Source of the DNA: Blastocatellia bacterium
GTDB lineage: Bacteria > Acidobacteriota > Blastocatellia > UBA7656
Assembly (NCBI GenBank): GCA_963765495.1
Contig: CAVXWP010000007.1
Span: forward strand, 768,001-832,000
Reading direction: 5' to 3'
Length of the DNA stretch: 64,000 nt
A program made the position numbers and the translations under genes. The notes under the pieces are model-generated. The model worked only from the letters and a program-made list of their open reading frames with translations. It ran no database searches and was not told the origin of the DNA. Position 1 is the first letter of the stretch. The number at the start of each line of letters is the position of its first letter. Positions 19,181 through 30,593 of this stretch are shown piece by piece.

Positions 19181-19795
19181 CTAACCTCCCATCACAACCT
19201 GGATAGGGGCGCTCAATTTCAAGGTGCCCCAGGAGACCCAAAGCGTCGCTTCTTTGGTGTTTCCCTTTGGAGCCGAGAGCAGGATAGTCAGTTTCTCTTC
19301 TTTCTGATCGGATTTCTCAATCGCCATCGGGACTTTGAATTCGATTGGGGCGCTGTCGATCTCGAATGCGTCCTTGTGCGCGTTTCGCGCCTTGACCGGG
19401 TCGATGAAGGCCAGGCTCCACGTCTTTCCATCTTCCGATCTGTAGAGGCCGAGATAGTAGATGCCCGGCGCGATATCTTTTCCGCCGATCTTCAACGCAA
19501 TGTTGGTATCCAGCACGGTCCAGAAATTGTTCCCCATCCGCCACGTCTTGCCGTTCGTCATGGCGTCGAACTTGGCTGTGTCTTCATAAGCCGTCTTCCA
19601 GGCAGGGCGACCATAATTGACGGCGAATTCGCCTGCGGCTCCATTTTTCTGCTGATCCCAATAGAGTATCCGGGTCGAACCCCGCTCGTCGGGAGCAGGG
19701 CTGGTAAACTCTGCGATGGGAGATTTCGCCTCCTGAGCCAGAATCGTTGATGCCAGACAAAACAGTATTGCAAGTGCCAGACTTGTTTTCTTCAT
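19181..19795 (-). CDS. Secreted DUF2911-like protein
   Basis: Signal peptide; VNYGRP...WRMGNN...APGIYYL pattern typical of DUF2911. Confidence 0.7.
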   Translation of the reverse strand: MKKTSLALAILFCLASTILAQEAKSPIAEFTSPAPDERGSTRILYWDQQKNGAAGEFAVNYGRPAWKTAYEDTAKFDAMTNGKTWRMGNNFWTVLDTNIALKIGGKDIAPGIYYLGLYRSEDGKTWSLAFIDPVKARNAHKDAFEIDSAPIEFKVPMAIEKSDQKEEKLTILLSAPKGNTKEATLWVSWGTLKLSAPIQVVMGG

Positions 19796-19840
19796 CTTCT
19801 TAATCCTTTCAGACGTGTATATCCCTGATCGGTTATTCGC

Positions 19841-20215
19841 TCAATGGGCCTTCCAGGTGAACCTGTAATTTCCAGTGGCGTTTTCCATAACGACTTCCAG
19901 GGTCCACACTCCGGCAAGCGGTTTCATCTCTCCCGTGTTGAGAGTGATATTGCCGCCAGTGCAATGCCCGTTTAGCCTCGCTTCGCCTTTCGGATCGCGC
20001 AGATACCATTCGACCGCGCCCGACCTCACCTTGCCTTTTACCTCTAACCGCGCGGTCATCATCGACTCCGCCACATCGAAAGTGTATTTCGCCGTATCGG
20101 TCTTATCCTGGAAACTATATGACTCTTCCTGATCGGCACGAGATTGCGAATAAACGCTCAAGGTTAATGCGCTCAACACCGCAAACAGGATAGCAGACTT
20201 ACAAACTCTTTTCAT
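19841..20215 (-). CDS. Hypothetical secreted protein
   Basis: Signal-peptide-like N-terminus (MKRVCKSAILFAVL), CAGGAG SD, beta-rich body. Confidence 0.7.
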   Translation of the reverse strand: MKRVCKSAILFAVLSALTLSVYSQSRADQEESYSFQDKTDTAKYTFDVAESMMTARLEVKGKVRSGAVEWYLRDPKGEARLNGHCTGGNITLNTGEMKPLAGVWTLEVVMENATGNYRFTWKAH

Positions 20216-20271
20216 GATGTTCTCCTGAGAGACTGGTTTTTGACCGAATGGCAATCTGTTGTCTGGCTCTT

Positions 20272-22686
20272 TCATTCATACCTGAGAGCTACCATCGGGT
20301 CTACTTTTGTTGCACGCCGCGCCGGGATATAACACGCCAAAAATGCTGCGAGAGCAAGGACCAGCGAGACGCCTGTAAATGTCAAAGGATCGGTCGCGCT
20401 CACGCCGAAAAGGAAGCTTGCCATCAGGCGGCTCAATAGAAGCGCGCCGCCGACCCCTATGACAAGACCGATCCCGGCCAGCACCATCCCCTGCCTCACG
20501 ACCAGTTTGACCACATCGCCTTTCTGAGCGCCCAGCGCCATGCGTATGCCTATTTCGTGCGTACGCTGGCTGACCGAGTAAGACATCACGCCGTAGATGC
20601 CCACGGCTGACAGGATCAATGCCACGGCGGCAAACAGGCTCAACAAAAGTGTGTTGAATCTGGGGCGGGCGACCGATTCGGAGAGTCGCTGATCCATAGT
20701 CTTGATCGAGGATACAGGCATATCTTTGTCGAGCGATTGAACCTGACTCCGCACGGCGGCTGCCATGTCGGACGGGCTGGCGGTCGTCCGCACAATCAGG
20801 CTGGTGCTTTGCCAGGGGGTCTGCGCGTATGGCGTATACATTTCAGGGCTTGGCTCGCTGTCGAGACCGGCGAATTTCACATCGCCTACGATGCCTACGA
20901 TCTCGCCTTTTGTGTCGTTGTACCCAATCGTCATGTGCTGGCCTATGGGGTCTTCATCGGGGAAAAATCGCTTCGCAAACGTATCGTTGATAATCATCGC
21001 GTTCGGCGCGCCCGTGACATCCTTTTCGGTGAAAGCGCGGCCCCGAAGCAGTGGGATTTTCATAGTCTGGAAATAATCGGTTCCCACCGTTCGCCACGCG
21101 GCAGAGGTTCGCTGCCCGGGAGAAGCGGGCGGGCGGCCTTCGACAGAAAACGAGAGGCTGAGATTCATCTGGCTGTAGGGCAGCGGGGTAATCAGCGTAG
21201 CCGATTCGACGCCGGGCAGTCCCCTTACCTTTTCGAGCAACTGATGAAAGTATGTTGTCTGGTTGATCATCTCCGGGTATTTGGAGTCGGGAAGTGAAAT
21301 GTCCATCGAGAGCAGGTTGTCCGGGCTGAACCCGGGTTTCGTGTGCTGCAATCTCAAAAAGCTCTTGATGAGCAGCCCCGACCCGATGAGCAGAATAAGC
21401 GCAAGAGCTATCTCGCACACGACAAACATGCTGAGCAATCGCTGGCGGCGAAAGCCTGCCGAACCGCCGCGCCCGCCGTCTTTCAGGGTTTCATTCAGAT
21501 CGGGTTTGGACGCCTGCAATGCAGGGGCAAGACCGAATATCAACCCCGTGAGCAGAGATATGCCGAATGTAAAGACGAGCACACGCCCGTCAAGCCTCAT
21601 CTCGCTTAACCGGGGGATGTCTTCGGGAATTATGGAGGTGAGAATGTCTACGCCCCACAGGGCGAGCAGCAGCCCTATCGAGCCACCAACCAGAGCCAGT
21701 ATCAGGCTTTCCGTGAGAAATTGCCTTATGAGCCGCAAGCGCCGGGCTCCGAGCGCGGTGCGAATCGCCACCTCTTTCTGCCGGGCGGCGGCGCGTGCGA
21801 GCATCAGGTTAGCGACGTTTGCGCAGGCTATCAAAAGCACGAGCCCTACAGCGCCCAGAAGCATCAGAAGCGCGGGCTTGACATCGCCCACGATCTCGCT
21901 GTGAAGAGGCGCTACAAACGACAGGTGGCCGGTGTTTGTATCCGGGTATTGCTGTTCGAGTCGTCCGGCAACCGTAGTCATATCCGACTGTGCCTGTTCG
22001 ATTGTGACGCCCGGTTTCAACCTCGCAAGAAGTCTCAGGAAATGGCCGCCGCGAGTCAGATTATCAGGTTTGAAACTGAGCGGAACCCAAACTTGCGGGT
22101 CTTCATTTTCAACTATGAAATGAAACCCGTCCGGCAGGACGCCCGCTACGGTGTAAGGCTCGCCGTCAATCGTAAGCGACCGGCCGATCACATTGCTGTC
22201 GCCGCCGAACTGGCTCTGCCAGAATCGGTAGTCGAGAATGACGACGCGATGATTGCCCTGTTTCTCTTCCTCGGGCGTAAAGGTTCGTCCGAGAAGAGGC
22301 TTGACTCCAAGCAACTCGAAAATATCGGGCGAAGCATTCACGCCCGTAACGCGCTCGGGGTCACCGCCCGTAGCGAGATTGTAATTACCATAGTTGAATG
22401 CGACGACGTGGCTGAATACCTGGTTTTGCGCTCTCCAATCGATGAAATCGAGCGGGGTGACGGTGCCCCGGAGGAAGCCCCTCTGCGGGCGGCTTTCATA
22501 GACCATGACAAGCTGATCGGGAGAGTCGAAGGGCAGAGGCCGAAGCAGTACGGAATTGACCACGCTGAAGATCGCGCTGTTTGCGCCGATTCCCAGTGCC
22601 AGGGCCAGCACCGCAATCAGGGTGAAGCCCGGTTTCTTTAAAAGCATCCTGATGCCGTAGCGAATATCTTGCATTAAATTATCCAT
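20272..22686 (-). CDS. ADOP-family duplicated orphan ABC permease (MacB/FtsX-like)
   Basis: [17 protein letters not shown]...[54 protein letters not shown]. Confidence 0.92.
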   Translation of the reverse strand: MDNLMQDIRYGIRMLLKKPGFTLIAVLALALGIGANSAIFSVVNSVLLRPLPFDSPDQLVMVYESRPQRGFLRGTVTPLDFIDWRAQNQVFSHVVAFNYGNYNLATGGDPERVTGVNASPDIFELLGVKPLLGRTFTPEEEKQGNHRVVILDYRFWQSQFGGDSNVIGRSLTIDGEPYTVAGVLPDGFHFIVENEDPQVWVPLSFKPDNLTRGGHFLRLLARLKPGVTIEQAQSDMTTVAGRLEQQYPDTNTGHLSFVAPLHSEIVGDVKPALLMLLGAVGLVLLIACANVANLMLARAAARQKEVAIRTALGARRLRLIRQFLTESLILALVGGSIGLLLALWGVDILTSIIPEDIPRLSEMRLDGRVLVFTFGISLLTGLIFGLAPALQASKPDLNETLKDGGRGGSAGFRRQRLLSMFVVCEIALALILLIGSGLLIKSFLRLQHTKPGFSPDNLLSMDISLPDSKYPEMINQTTYFHQLLEKVRGLPGVESATLITPLPYSQMNLSLSFSVEGRPPASPGQRTSAAWRTVGTDYFQTMKIPLLRGRAFTEKDVTGAPNAMIINDTFAKRFFPDEDPIGQHMTIGYNDTKGEIVGIVGDVKFAGLDSEPSPEMYTPYAQTPWQSTSLIVRTTASPSDMAAAVRSQVQSLDKDMPVSSIKTMDQRLSESVARPRFNTLLLSLFAAVALILSAVGIYGVMSYSVSQRTHEIGIRMALGAQKGDVVKLVVRQGMVLAGIGLVIGVGGALLLSRLMASFLFGVSATDPLTFTGVSLVLALAAFLACYIPARRATKVDPMVALRYE

Positions 22687-22700
22687 AGCGTTCCTCAATT

Positions 22701-22717
22701 AGCCAAATGGCGTGCCA
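22701..22717 (-). promoter_or_regulatory. Sigma-54-like site (TGGCACG-N4-TTGGCT) upstream of ADOP permease 1
   Basis: Perfect -24 TGGCACG, variant -12; the same motif recurs at 33101-33117. Confidence 0.5.
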
Positions 22718-22813
22718 TTATAAAGCACCTGCTAAGTATATGAATTTTCGTGAATCGCCCTCAACAGCTTGTTCGTTTTTGGGAAAGTCCGTTGCCGGAA
22801 ATGACCATTCGCG

Positions 22814-22843
22814 TTGACAATAATGACCTGGTTCATTACTGTC
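22814..22843 (+). promoter_or_regulatory. Sigma-70 promoter overlapped by a palindromic operator (TetR-like)
   Basis: TTGACA-N17-TACTGT; palindrome GACAATAATGA-N6-TCATTACTGTC (10/11 match). Confidence 0.7.
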
Positions 22844-22889
22844 TCAAAAACCTGGAACACGGTCAACGAGCGTTGAAAGGCATATTGGG

Positions 22890-24488
22890 ATGCAACCGAT
22901 CAAATCGCACATCAATCCGCAATCGGATACCTACAGGGCCAACTATGACGCGAATCTCGAAAGCATTGCTCGGCTCAAATCGGAGCTTGCCCGTTCGACC
23001 GGAGGAGGCGGAGAGAAGTACATCAAGCGGCACCTGGCAAGAGGAAAACTCCTGCCTCGCGAGCGAATCGAGATGCTGCTTGATGAAGGCTCTTATTTTC
23101 TTGAGATCGCGCCGCTTGCGGGCATAGGCATGGAAAACGAATTCGTCGGCGCGGGCGTGGTCGGCGGCATCGGGCTCGTAAGCGGGCGCGAGTGCATCAT
23201 CATTGCCAACGAGGCTACCGTCAAAGGCGGGGCCGTGAGCGAAATAGGCCAGATCAAAAACCGCCGCCTTTCGGATATAGGATCGGAAAACCATCTGCCG
23301 GGCGTCTCGCTCGTGGAATCGGCGGGGGCAGACCTGCCCGTACAGAGCAAGATATTCGTACCCGGCGGCAGAGGTTTTCGCGAGATAACCCGCCGCTCGA
23401 AAGAGCGTATCCCAAGCATCTCGGTCGTGTTCGGAAATTCGACCGCTGGCGGGGCCTATCTGCCGGGAATGAGCGATTACGTCATCATGGTAAAGCGCCA
23501 GGCCCAGGTATTTCTGGGCGGGCCGCCTCTTGTCAAAATGGCTACGGGCGAGATCGTTGACGAAGAGACGCTTGGCGGTGCCGAGATGCATTCGCGTATT
23601 TCCGGCCTGTCCGATTACCTCGCCGAAGACGAACTTGACGCCATCAGGATGGCTCGCGACATCATAGATCACTTCGAATCAAAGCCGATGTCCGGTTTGG
23701 ACGCGGCGAGCGTGGAAGCGCCTCTTTACAGGGTGGATGAATTGTTGGGAATCGCATCGTCCGATGTTCGCGTGCCGTTTGAGGTGCGCGAAGTGATTGC
23801 CCGAATCGTTGACGGATCGAGATTCGACGAGTTCAAGGCAAATTACGGCACTACGCTTGTCACGGGGTTTGCCCGTATTCACGGCCATCGGGTCGGGATA
23901 CTCGGAAACAACGGCGTGTTGATTTCAGAGTCGGCAAACAAGGGCGCGCAGTTTATTCAGCTTTGCAATCAGCAAAACATTCCTTTGATCTTTCTGCAAA
24001 ACATCACGGGCTTTATGGTAGGCCGCGCCTATGAAGAACAGGGCATAATACGAAACGGGGCCAAGCTCATAAACGCCGTGTCGAATTCGACCGTGCCCGC
24101 GATCACCATAATGATAGGCAGTTCTTACGGGGCAGGGAATTATGCCATGTGCGGGCGCGCATACGAGCCGAGATTTCTTTTCACCTGGCCCAATCACCGC
24201 ATAGCCGTAATGGGGGCCGGGCAACTCTCGGGCGTTATGGAGATCATAAAACGCGAAGCCGCCGCCCGACAGGGCCTGCCCGTCGATGAGGCTCAAATGC
24301 TTGCGATGAAGAAACATCTCGAATACCAGATCGAAGGCGAATCCGATCCTTACTTTGCCACCGCGAGACTATGGGATGATGGGATAATTGATCCGCGCGA
24401 TACGCGCACCATCCTTGCGATCTGTCTATCTGCGGTTCGAAACCGTTCGGTCGAAGGCACTATGGAATGGGGCGTCTTCAGGCACTGA
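22890..24488 (+). CDS. Acyl-CoA carboxylase carboxyltransferase (beta) subunit, methylcrotonyl/geranyl-CoA carboxylase type
   Basis: [70 protein letters not shown]. Confidence 0.92.
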   Translation: MQPIKSHINPQSDTYRANYDANLESIARLKSELARSTGGGGEKYIKRHLARGKLLPRERIEMLLDEGSYFLEIAPLAGIGMENEFVGAGVVGGIGLVSGRECIIIANEATVKGGAVSEIGQIKNRRLSDIGSENHLPGVSLVESAGADLPVQSKIFVPGGRGFREITRRSKERIPSISVVFGNSTAGGAYLPGMSDYVIMVKRQAQVFLGGPPLVKMATGEIVDEETLGGAEMHSRISGLSDYLAEDELDAIRMARDIIDHFESKPMSGLDAASVEAPLYRVDELLGIASSDVRVPFEVREVIARIVDGSRFDEFKANYGTTLVTGFARIHGHRVGILGNNGVLISESANKGAQFIQLCNQQNIPLIFLQNITGFMVGRAYEEQGIIRNGAKLINAVSNSTVPAITIMIGSSYGAGNYAMCGRAYEPRFLFTWPNHRIAVMGAGQLSGVMEIIKREAAARQGLPVDEAQMLAMKKHLEYQIEGESDPYFATARLWDDGIIDPRDTRTILAICLSAVRNRSVEGTMEWGVFRH

Positions 24489-24490
24489 CA

Positions 24491-24573
24491 GTGATTCGTG
24501 ATTCGTGGCCTTCGGCAAAGTTTTTTTACAGGTCTATTGCCTGTCGTACGAATCACGAATCACGAATTACGAA
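24491..24573. repeat. Heptamer-arm inverted element (TGATTCG variant)
   Basis: GTGATTC-GTGATTC-GTGG ... ACGAATC-ACGAATC-ACGAATT-ACGAA. Confidence 0.8.
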
Positions 24574-24577
24574 CCAG

Positions 24578-26557
24578 ATGAAACACTTCGATAAAATCCT
24601 GATCGCCAATCGCGGAGAAATCGCCCTGCGCGTCATGCGTACCTGCCGCGCTCTGGGCATCGCCTCCGTAGCCGTTTACTCGGATGCCGACGCCCGCTCG
24701 CCTCACGCGCGGTTTGCCGATGAGGCCGCCCGCATAGGGGTGTCTGCGAGCGCCGCGTCTTATTTGAATATCGAAAAGATCATCGAGGCCGCGAAAAAGA
24801 CGGGCGCGGAAGCGATTCATCCGGGCTACGGGTTTCTTTCCGAGAATGCCGATTTCGCCGATGCCTGCGCGAGCGCCGGTATAGTATTCATAGGCCCTGC
24901 CTCTGATGCGATTCGCAAGATGGGTCTGAAAAGCGCGGCCAGAAGACTGGTGGCCGAAGCGGGCGTTCCAATCGTCCCCGGCTATGACGGCGAAGATCAG
25001 AGCCTTGAGACTTTGCGCGACGGGATTTTTCGCGCAGGGCTCCCGGTATTGATAAAAGCCTCGGCGGGAGGCGGTGGCCGGGGCATGCGTGTGGTCCGCG
25101 ATGCGGGTGAAATACAAGACGCCATACAATCGGCAAGGCGCGAAGCTGAAAAGGCATTCGGTGACGGCTCGCTCCTGGTCGAAAAATATATCGAGCAGGC
25201 GCGTCACATCGAGTTCCAGATTCTGGGCGACGAGTACGGCAATTTGATTCACCTCTTTGAGCGCGACTGCTCTATTCAAAGGCGTCACCAGAAGATTATC
25301 GAAGAGAGCCCCTCGCCTGTGATGACTGCTGAGTTAAGAGAAGAGATGGGAAGGATGGCTGTCGAAGTCGGGCGCGCAATAAATTATTCGAATGCCGGAA
25401 CGGTTGAATTTATCCTCGCGCCTTCTGGAGAGTTTTACTTTATCGAGGTCAATACCCGTTTGCAGGTCGAGCATCCTGTGACCGAGATGATAACCGGGCT
25501 TGATCTTGTGCGGCTGCAAATCGAGATCAGTGAAGGCAGGCGTCTTGAGATTGCGCAGGAAGATATCAAATCAAACGGTCACGCCATCGAAGCCAGGCTC
25601 TATGCCGAAGACCCCGACAACGGTTTTCTGCCCTCGACGGGGAAAATCCATTCCTGGGAATCCCCTTCGTTTATCGAAGGATTGCGGCTGGATTCAGGCA
25701 TCGAACAGGGAACCGAAATCGGCATCCATTATGACCCGATGCTTGCAAAACTGATCGCGCACGCGCCGGATCGAATAACGGCGCTCAGAAAGCTCGGCTA
25801 CGGATTGAAGAGATTATCAATCCAGGGCGTCGAGACTAACCGGAATTTCCTGATTCGCCTGCTCGAACATGAGGCCTTTCGCCGGGGAGAGTATCACACC
25901 GCCTTTATCGAGGATCATCAGACGGAATTGATCGGCAAGAAGGACGCGGGCCGTGATATGGTCGCGGCCATAGCGGTGGCGCTGTATCTGCAAGAGAGCA
26001 GACAAACAAAGAGCGCTTTACTTTCGCGCATCCCTGCCAACTATCGCAACAATCCTTTCCGCGCCCCGTCGGTAAAGTTGCAGGCGGGCGGTGAAGCGTT
26101 TGATGTTCTCTACCGCGAGGTTGAGGGCAAGAGGTTTGAGGTCAACTGCCGGGATTCGCAATTTCAAGTCGAGGTGTTATTCTTTCAGCCGGGGAGCATT
26201 CGCCTCTCAATTGACGGCATTCAGCGATTGTTTCAAATCGCGCAGGCGGGCAATCGTTTCTTTGTTCACTCGTCTGTGGGCTCGCAGACGGTGACGCGTC
26301 TTGAAAGGTATCCGAAGCGCGAGGGCGTTTCCGATAAGGAAGTCGCAAGCGCCCCGATGCCCGGCAGAATATTGAAGATTTTGATAACCGAAGGCCAGCA
26401 GGTCGCCGAAGGAGATGCCTTGATCGTACTCGAAGCGATGAAGATGGAACAGACCATCAAGGCCGCGAGAAACGGTAAGGTCGAAGCGATTCTTGTCGGG
26501 GAAGGCGACGTAGTTTCCCCGGGCGAGATGCTGCTTCAAATAACTTCGCACGAATAG
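24578..26557 (+). CDS. Biotin carboxylase / biotin carrier (alpha) subunit
   Basis: [56 protein letters not shown] biotinylation motif. Confidence 0.95.
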   Translation: MKHFDKILIANRGEIALRVMRTCRALGIASVAVYSDADARSPHARFADEAARIGVSASAASYLNIEKIIEAAKKTGAEAIHPGYGFLSENADFADACASAGIVFIGPASDAIRKMGLKSAARRLVAEAGVPIVPGYDGEDQSLETLRDGIFRAGLPVLIKASAGGGGRGMRVVRDAGEIQDAIQSARREAEKAFGDGSLLVEKYIEQARHIEFQILGDEYGNLIHLFERDCSIQRRHQKIIEESPSPVMTAELREEMGRMAVEVGRAINYSNAGTVEFILAPSGEFYFIEVNTRLQVEHPVTEMITGLDLVRLQIEISEGRRLEIAQEDIKSNGHAIEARLYAEDPDNGFLPSTGKIHSWESPSFIEGLRLDSGIEQGTEIGIHYDPMLAKLIAHAPDRITALRKLGYGLKRLSIQGVETNRNFLIRLLEHEAFRRGEYHTAFIEDHQTELIGKKDAGRDMVAAIAVALYLQESRQTKSALLSRIPANYRNNPFRAPSVKLQAGGEAFDVLYREVEGKRFEVNCRDSQFQVEVLFFQPGSIRLSIDGIQRLFQIAQAGNRFFVHSSVGSQTVTRLERYPKREGVSDKEVASAPMPGRILKILITEGQQVAEGDALIVLEAMKMEQTIKAARNGKVEAILVGEGDVVSPGEMLLQITSHE

Positions 26558-26585
26558 ATTTCAGGCAATCATTGGAGGAAAAGTA

Positions 26586-27758
26586 ATGTCACAGGCAAAG
26601 TTACAACCTACCGAACCCGAGTACCCGTATTTCACCGAAGAGCACGCAATGTTTCGCGAGACGGTGAAAAAATTCTGTCAGGCAGAGATCGCGCCGCACA
26701 CGGAAGAATGGGACGAGGCCGGGATATTTCCTAAAGAATTATTCAAGAAAGCAGGCGATCTCGGGTTTTTCGGAATCAGGCTGGACCCGCGATGGGGAGG
26801 GCTCGGGTTGGACTGGTGGGCGACCGCCGCTTATCTGGAAGGTCTCTCTTATGCAAACAACGGTGGTGTGACTATGGCGCTGATGGTCCAATCAGACATC
26901 ACGCTTCCGGTGCTTGCCGAGCTTGGCACCGACGAACAAAACGAAGAGTTTCTCAAACCCGCGATAGCAGGCGACCGCGTTGCCGCGCTCGGCATCAGCG
27001 AGCCGGGCGGCGGCTCGGATGTAGGCGCGCTCAAGACCCGCGCCCGCGAGGAAGGCGACGAACTTGTCATCTCAGGTCAGAAGCTCTGGATAACAAACGG
27101 GACGAGAGCCGACTTTATGATTCTCGCCGTTCGCACGGGCGAAGAGAGATACAAAGGCATTTCGATGGTGCTCTTCCCGACCGATGTGAAGGGATTTTCA
27201 GTAGGCAAGAAGCTGAAGAAAGTAGGCAACCTCTCTTCCGACACGGCGGAGCTTTTCTTCGACAACGCAAGAATTCCAAGGCGTTACGTTTTAGGAGAGA
27301 TAGGCAAAGGCTTTTACTACACGATGCACAATTTCCAGGGCGAGCGGCTGGCGTCGGCGCTGGGTGCGGTCGCGGCGATGGAACGCGCTATGGAGTATGC
27401 AATCGCTTACGGCAAAGAGCGCAAGGCGTTCGGCCAGCCGATAGGCGAATTTCAGGTGTGGCGACACCGCTTCGCCGAGCATCTGACCAGCATCGAAGCG
27501 GCGAAATGGCTGACCTATCGCGCGGTGGACCTTTTAAATCACGGTCAGCGCGCCGTACGCGAAATCACTATGGCCAAGCTCTACACGAGCGAATTATCTC
27601 AGCGAGTGATGTACGATTGCATGCAGATTTTCGGCGGATTCGGCTACACCACGGAATACCCCATCAGCCGGTTCTGGCGCGATGTGCGGTTGCACACAAT
27701 CGGCGCGGGCGCGTCTGAAATAATGAAAGAGATACTTGTGAAAGAAGAGAAGCTGTAA
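26586..27758 (+). CDS. Acyl-CoA dehydrogenase
   Basis: [53 protein letters not shown]. Confidence 0.93.
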   Translation: MSQAKLQPTEPEYPYFTEEHAMFRETVKKFCQAEIAPHTEEWDEAGIFPKELFKKAGDLGFFGIRLDPRWGGLGLDWWATAAYLEGLSYANNGGVTMALMVQSDITLPVLAELGTDEQNEEFLKPAIAGDRVAALGISEPGGGSDVGALKTRAREEGDELVISGQKLWITNGTRADFMILAVRTGEERYKGISMVLFPTDVKGFSVGKKLKKVGNLSSDTAELFFDNARIPRRYVLGEIGKGFYYTMHNFQGERLASALGAVAAMERAMEYAIAYGKERKAFGQPIGEFQVWRHRFAEHLTSIEAAKWLTYRAVDLLNHGQRAVREITMAKLYTSELSQRVMYDCMQIFGGFGYTTEYPISRFWRDVRLHTIGAGASEIMKEILVKEEKL

Positions 27759-27868
27759 GGCGTGAGGCAAGTGATGCAAGATAAAAGAGGGGGGCATTTC
27801 AGGCAGAATATGGACATGTTGATCGGTATTTTCGCTGACTTCACGCCTCACGCCTCACGCCTCACGCG
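27759..27868. repeat. Heptamer-arm inverted element (TGAGGCG / CCTCACG variant)
   Basis: GCGTGAGGCAAGTGATGC ... TCACGCC-TCACGCC-TCACGCC-TCACGCG between convergent stop codons. Confidence 0.75.
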
Positions 27869-27873
27869 TCTAC

Positions 27874-30348
27874 CTATTCATAGCGGAGCGCGACCATCGG
27901 GTCCACCTTTGTGGCTCGGCGAGCCGGAATGTAACTGGCCACAAGAGCAACCGTCCCAAGCAATAATGATACGCCGATAAAGGTCGCCCGGTCGGTCGTG
28001 GTCACATCGTAGAGCTGGCTTGCGAGGATGCGGCTCATCACCGAAGCCAGCGCCAGTCCCATCGTCAGACCTCCGGCGGTTAAGAGAATCCCCTCGCCCA
28101 TGACCATCTTTATCACATCTCGTTTCTGTGCGCCGAGCGCCATGCGAATCCCTATTTCACGGGTGCGGCCCGCGACCCCCTGAGTCATTACGCCGTAAAT
28201 GCCTATTGCCGAGAGCAGCAACGCAAGCCCCGCAAAGACGGCCAGCAGAAACGCGCTGAACCTCGTCTTTGATGTCGCGTCACCTATTCGGTCTTCCATA
28301 GTTCGGATGTCGTAGGTGGGCACGTTCTTGTCGAGCGCAAAAACTGCCTGACGCACCGATGCGATCATCCCTGCGGGATCGCCTTCGGTTCGGGCTATGA
28401 CGAAGTTGGGCGATTCGGTGGGTTGCAGATAAGGCAGATAAATTTCGGGCTCTGCCGATTCATCAGCCTTGCCGTATTTTACATCGCCCGCGATCCCGAC
28501 TATCTCTGCAAACTCGTTTTGTTCCCACCCGACGCTCAGCCATATCTGTTTCCCTACGGGGTCAATGCCAGCCCAGTATCTGTGCGCCGCCGTCTCGTTG
28601 ATAATGGCTACCCGAGGGCTTCCTTCCCGGTCCTGACCGTTAAAGCTTCTGCCTTTGAGCAGAGGGATTTTGAGCGTCTTGAAGTAATCAGCGCCTACGG
28701 CGTGGACACCTGTCGTCAGCCTGCTGCCGTCATCGGCCTGATCCTTTAGCTTTAGAATTGCCTTTGCGGAGTTGCTCGACAGCGGCGTGGAAGAGGCCAG
28801 GGTGGCCGATTGTATGCCGGGTATCGTTTGCACGCGTGTGAGCAGTTGTTCGTAAAGCGTGTCGGGAGTCTTCTTTGGAAGCTGAATTTTCAAGGTCAGC
28901 AGGTTGGCAGGCTCAAATCCGATGGGGAGGGCGTGCAGACGGGCAAAGCTTTTTATCATCAACCCCGCGCCGATCAAAAGCACAACGGCAAGCGCGAGTT
29001 CTGTGACGATAAGAAGATTCTTAAGGTTGAGGCGGCGAAACCTGCCGGGTGTTTTCGATAAGCCGGGCACTCCCTCTTTCAAGGAATCGCTGACGCCTGT
29101 CTTTGAGGCTTGCAGAGCGGGCGCGATGCCAAATATGAGGCCCGTCACAACCGACAGCAGGAGGTTGAATACAAGAACCTGAGAATCGATTTTGGCGGCG
29201 CTGAAATCAACTGCCTGTAACGGAATGCCGCTGATGGTCAAGTTACTTGCGGGCTTGAAGGCGCTCAGAATTTCAACGCCCCAAAGAGCTATGAGTAAAC
29301 CCGCGAGGCCGCCTGCAAGGGCGAGCACCATGCTTTCGGTCAACAACTGGCGGATCAGGCGCGCGCGACTTGCGCCGAGAGCGAGGCGAATGGCGATCTC
29401 CTTTCTGCGAGATACGCCCCTCGACATCAACAGGCTCGCGATATTCAGGCACGCTATCAGCAGCACAAATCCGACCGCGCCAAAGAGTATCAGGATAGAT
29501 TTTCTGATCGCGGGATCAATCTTCGCCTCACTGAAGGCGACTACGCGGAGGTGCTCAGGTTCAGGGGCCGGTCCCCACGCGGCAGGCCACGGCACGGCTT
29601 CATCAATCTTCTGTTCGACCGTGCCCATCGCGGCCTGAGCCTGAGCCTGTGTGACGCCCGGCTTGAGACGCGCTATGACTTCGTGCCACGACGCGAAGGG
29701 AGACGAAAGCCGCTTTGCAAACGTCAGCGCCGGAGCCATCATCATTGGAACCCAGACTTCGGCTTCATTGGATTGGCCCTTGAATCCTTTTGGCATAACA
29801 CCGACGATTGTGAACGGCACTTTGTTAAGACTGATATTCTGGCCCAGCACGCCGGGATTGCCGCCAAATCTTCGCTGCCAGAGCCCGTATCCGATAAGGG
29901 CGACCGCGCTCGCGCCCGGCGTTTGATCTTCCTCGGGTGTGAAAACGCGTCCGGCGGAGGGGCTTATACCGAGCACAGGGAAATAGTCGGCAGAGACGAT
30001 CTCTGTCTGTAATCGCTCCGGGTCTTCGGTATCTGTGAGCGGGAAATTCTGATCGCTGAAGGCAGCCACCTGCTCGAATATCTCGTTTTGATCACGCAGG
30101 GCTTCGTACTTTGGATAAGACCAGGGAAGGGACTGGCCGGGCACCTCTGCGCTGGTTCTTTCAATCATCATCAACCGCGCGGGCTCCTTATAAGGCAGCG
30201 GCTTGAGAAGCGCGGCGTTTACTACGCTGAATATGGATGAATTGGCTCCTATTCCGAGCGCGAGCGAAATAACGGCCACCACGGTAAAACCGGGACTGGC
30301 CCCAAGCATCCGCAATCCATAACGAAGGTCTTGCCAGAGTGTTTGCAT
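27874..30348 (-). CDS. ADOP-family duplicated orphan ABC permease
   Basis: MQTLWQDLRYGLRML..., same ADOP motifs, C-terminal DPMVALRYE. Confidence 0.92.
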   Translation of the reverse strand: MQTLWQDLRYGLRMLGASPGFTVVAVISLALGIGANSSIFSVVNAALLKPLPYKEPARLMMIERTSAEVPGQSLPWSYPKYEALRDQNEIFEQVAAFSDQNFPLTDTEDPERLQTEIVSADYFPVLGISPSAGRVFTPEEDQTPGASAVALIGYGLWQRRFGGNPGVLGQNISLNKVPFTIVGVMPKGFKGQSNEAEVWVPMMMAPALTFAKRLSSPFASWHEVIARLKPGVTQAQAQAAMGTVEQKIDEAVPWPAAWGPAPEPEHLRVVAFSEAKIDPAIRKSILILFGAVGFVLLIACLNIASLLMSRGVSRRKEIAIRLALGASRARLIRQLLTESMVLALAGGLAGLLIALWGVEILSAFKPASNLTISGIPLQAVDFSAAKIDSQVLVFNLLLSVVTGLIFGIAPALQASKTGVSDSLKEGVPGLSKTPGRFRRLNLKNLLIVTELALAVVLLIGAGLMIKSFARLHALPIGFEPANLLTLKIQLPKKTPDTLYEQLLTRVQTIPGIQSATLASSTPLSSNSAKAILKLKDQADDGSRLTTGVHAVGADYFKTLKIPLLKGRSFNGQDREGSPRVAIINETAAHRYWAGIDPVGKQIWLSVGWEQNEFAEIVGIAGDVKYGKADESAEPEIYLPYLQPTESPNFVIARTEGDPAGMIASVRQAVFALDKNVPTYDIRTMEDRIGDATSKTRFSAFLLAVFAGLALLLSAIGIYGVMTQGVAGRTREIGIRMALGAQKRDVIKMVMGEGILLTAGGLTMGLALASVMSRILASQLYDVTTTDRATFIGVSLLLGTVALVASYIPARRATKVDPMVALRYE

Positions 30349-30361
30349 GGTACCCCCTTTA

Positions 30362-30577
30362 TTTAGTTTTGAGTTTTGAGTTTTGAGTTTTGAATTTTGA
30401 GTAGGCATGTAGAAGTAATCCGGCAAATTGTGCTGAAGCGAGCAAGCCAGAGGCAAGAAGCCGAATGCGTATATGAATAGGTGGTTCCCGACTCCGGCAC
30501 TTTTACCGAAAACTCAAAACTCAAAACTCAAAACTCAAAACTCAAAACTCAAAATTCAAAACTCAAAACTCAAAACT
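30362..30577. repeat. Heptamer-arm inverted element (TTTTGAG / CTCAAAA family)
   Basis: About 5 TTTTGAG units and about 10 AAAACTC units flanking a spacer of roughly 105 nt. Confidence 0.92.
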
Positions 30578-30593
30578 CCCCGCTCATTACTTC

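Noticed and set aside
26792-27718. 308-aa same-strand alternative-frame ORF within the acyl-CoA dehydrogenase
   Set aside because: Arg-rich composition typical of off-frame GC-rich sequence.
30362-30577. Possible CRISPR array
   Set aside because: Contiguous 7-mer tandem repeats with no repeat-spacer alternation and no cas genes.
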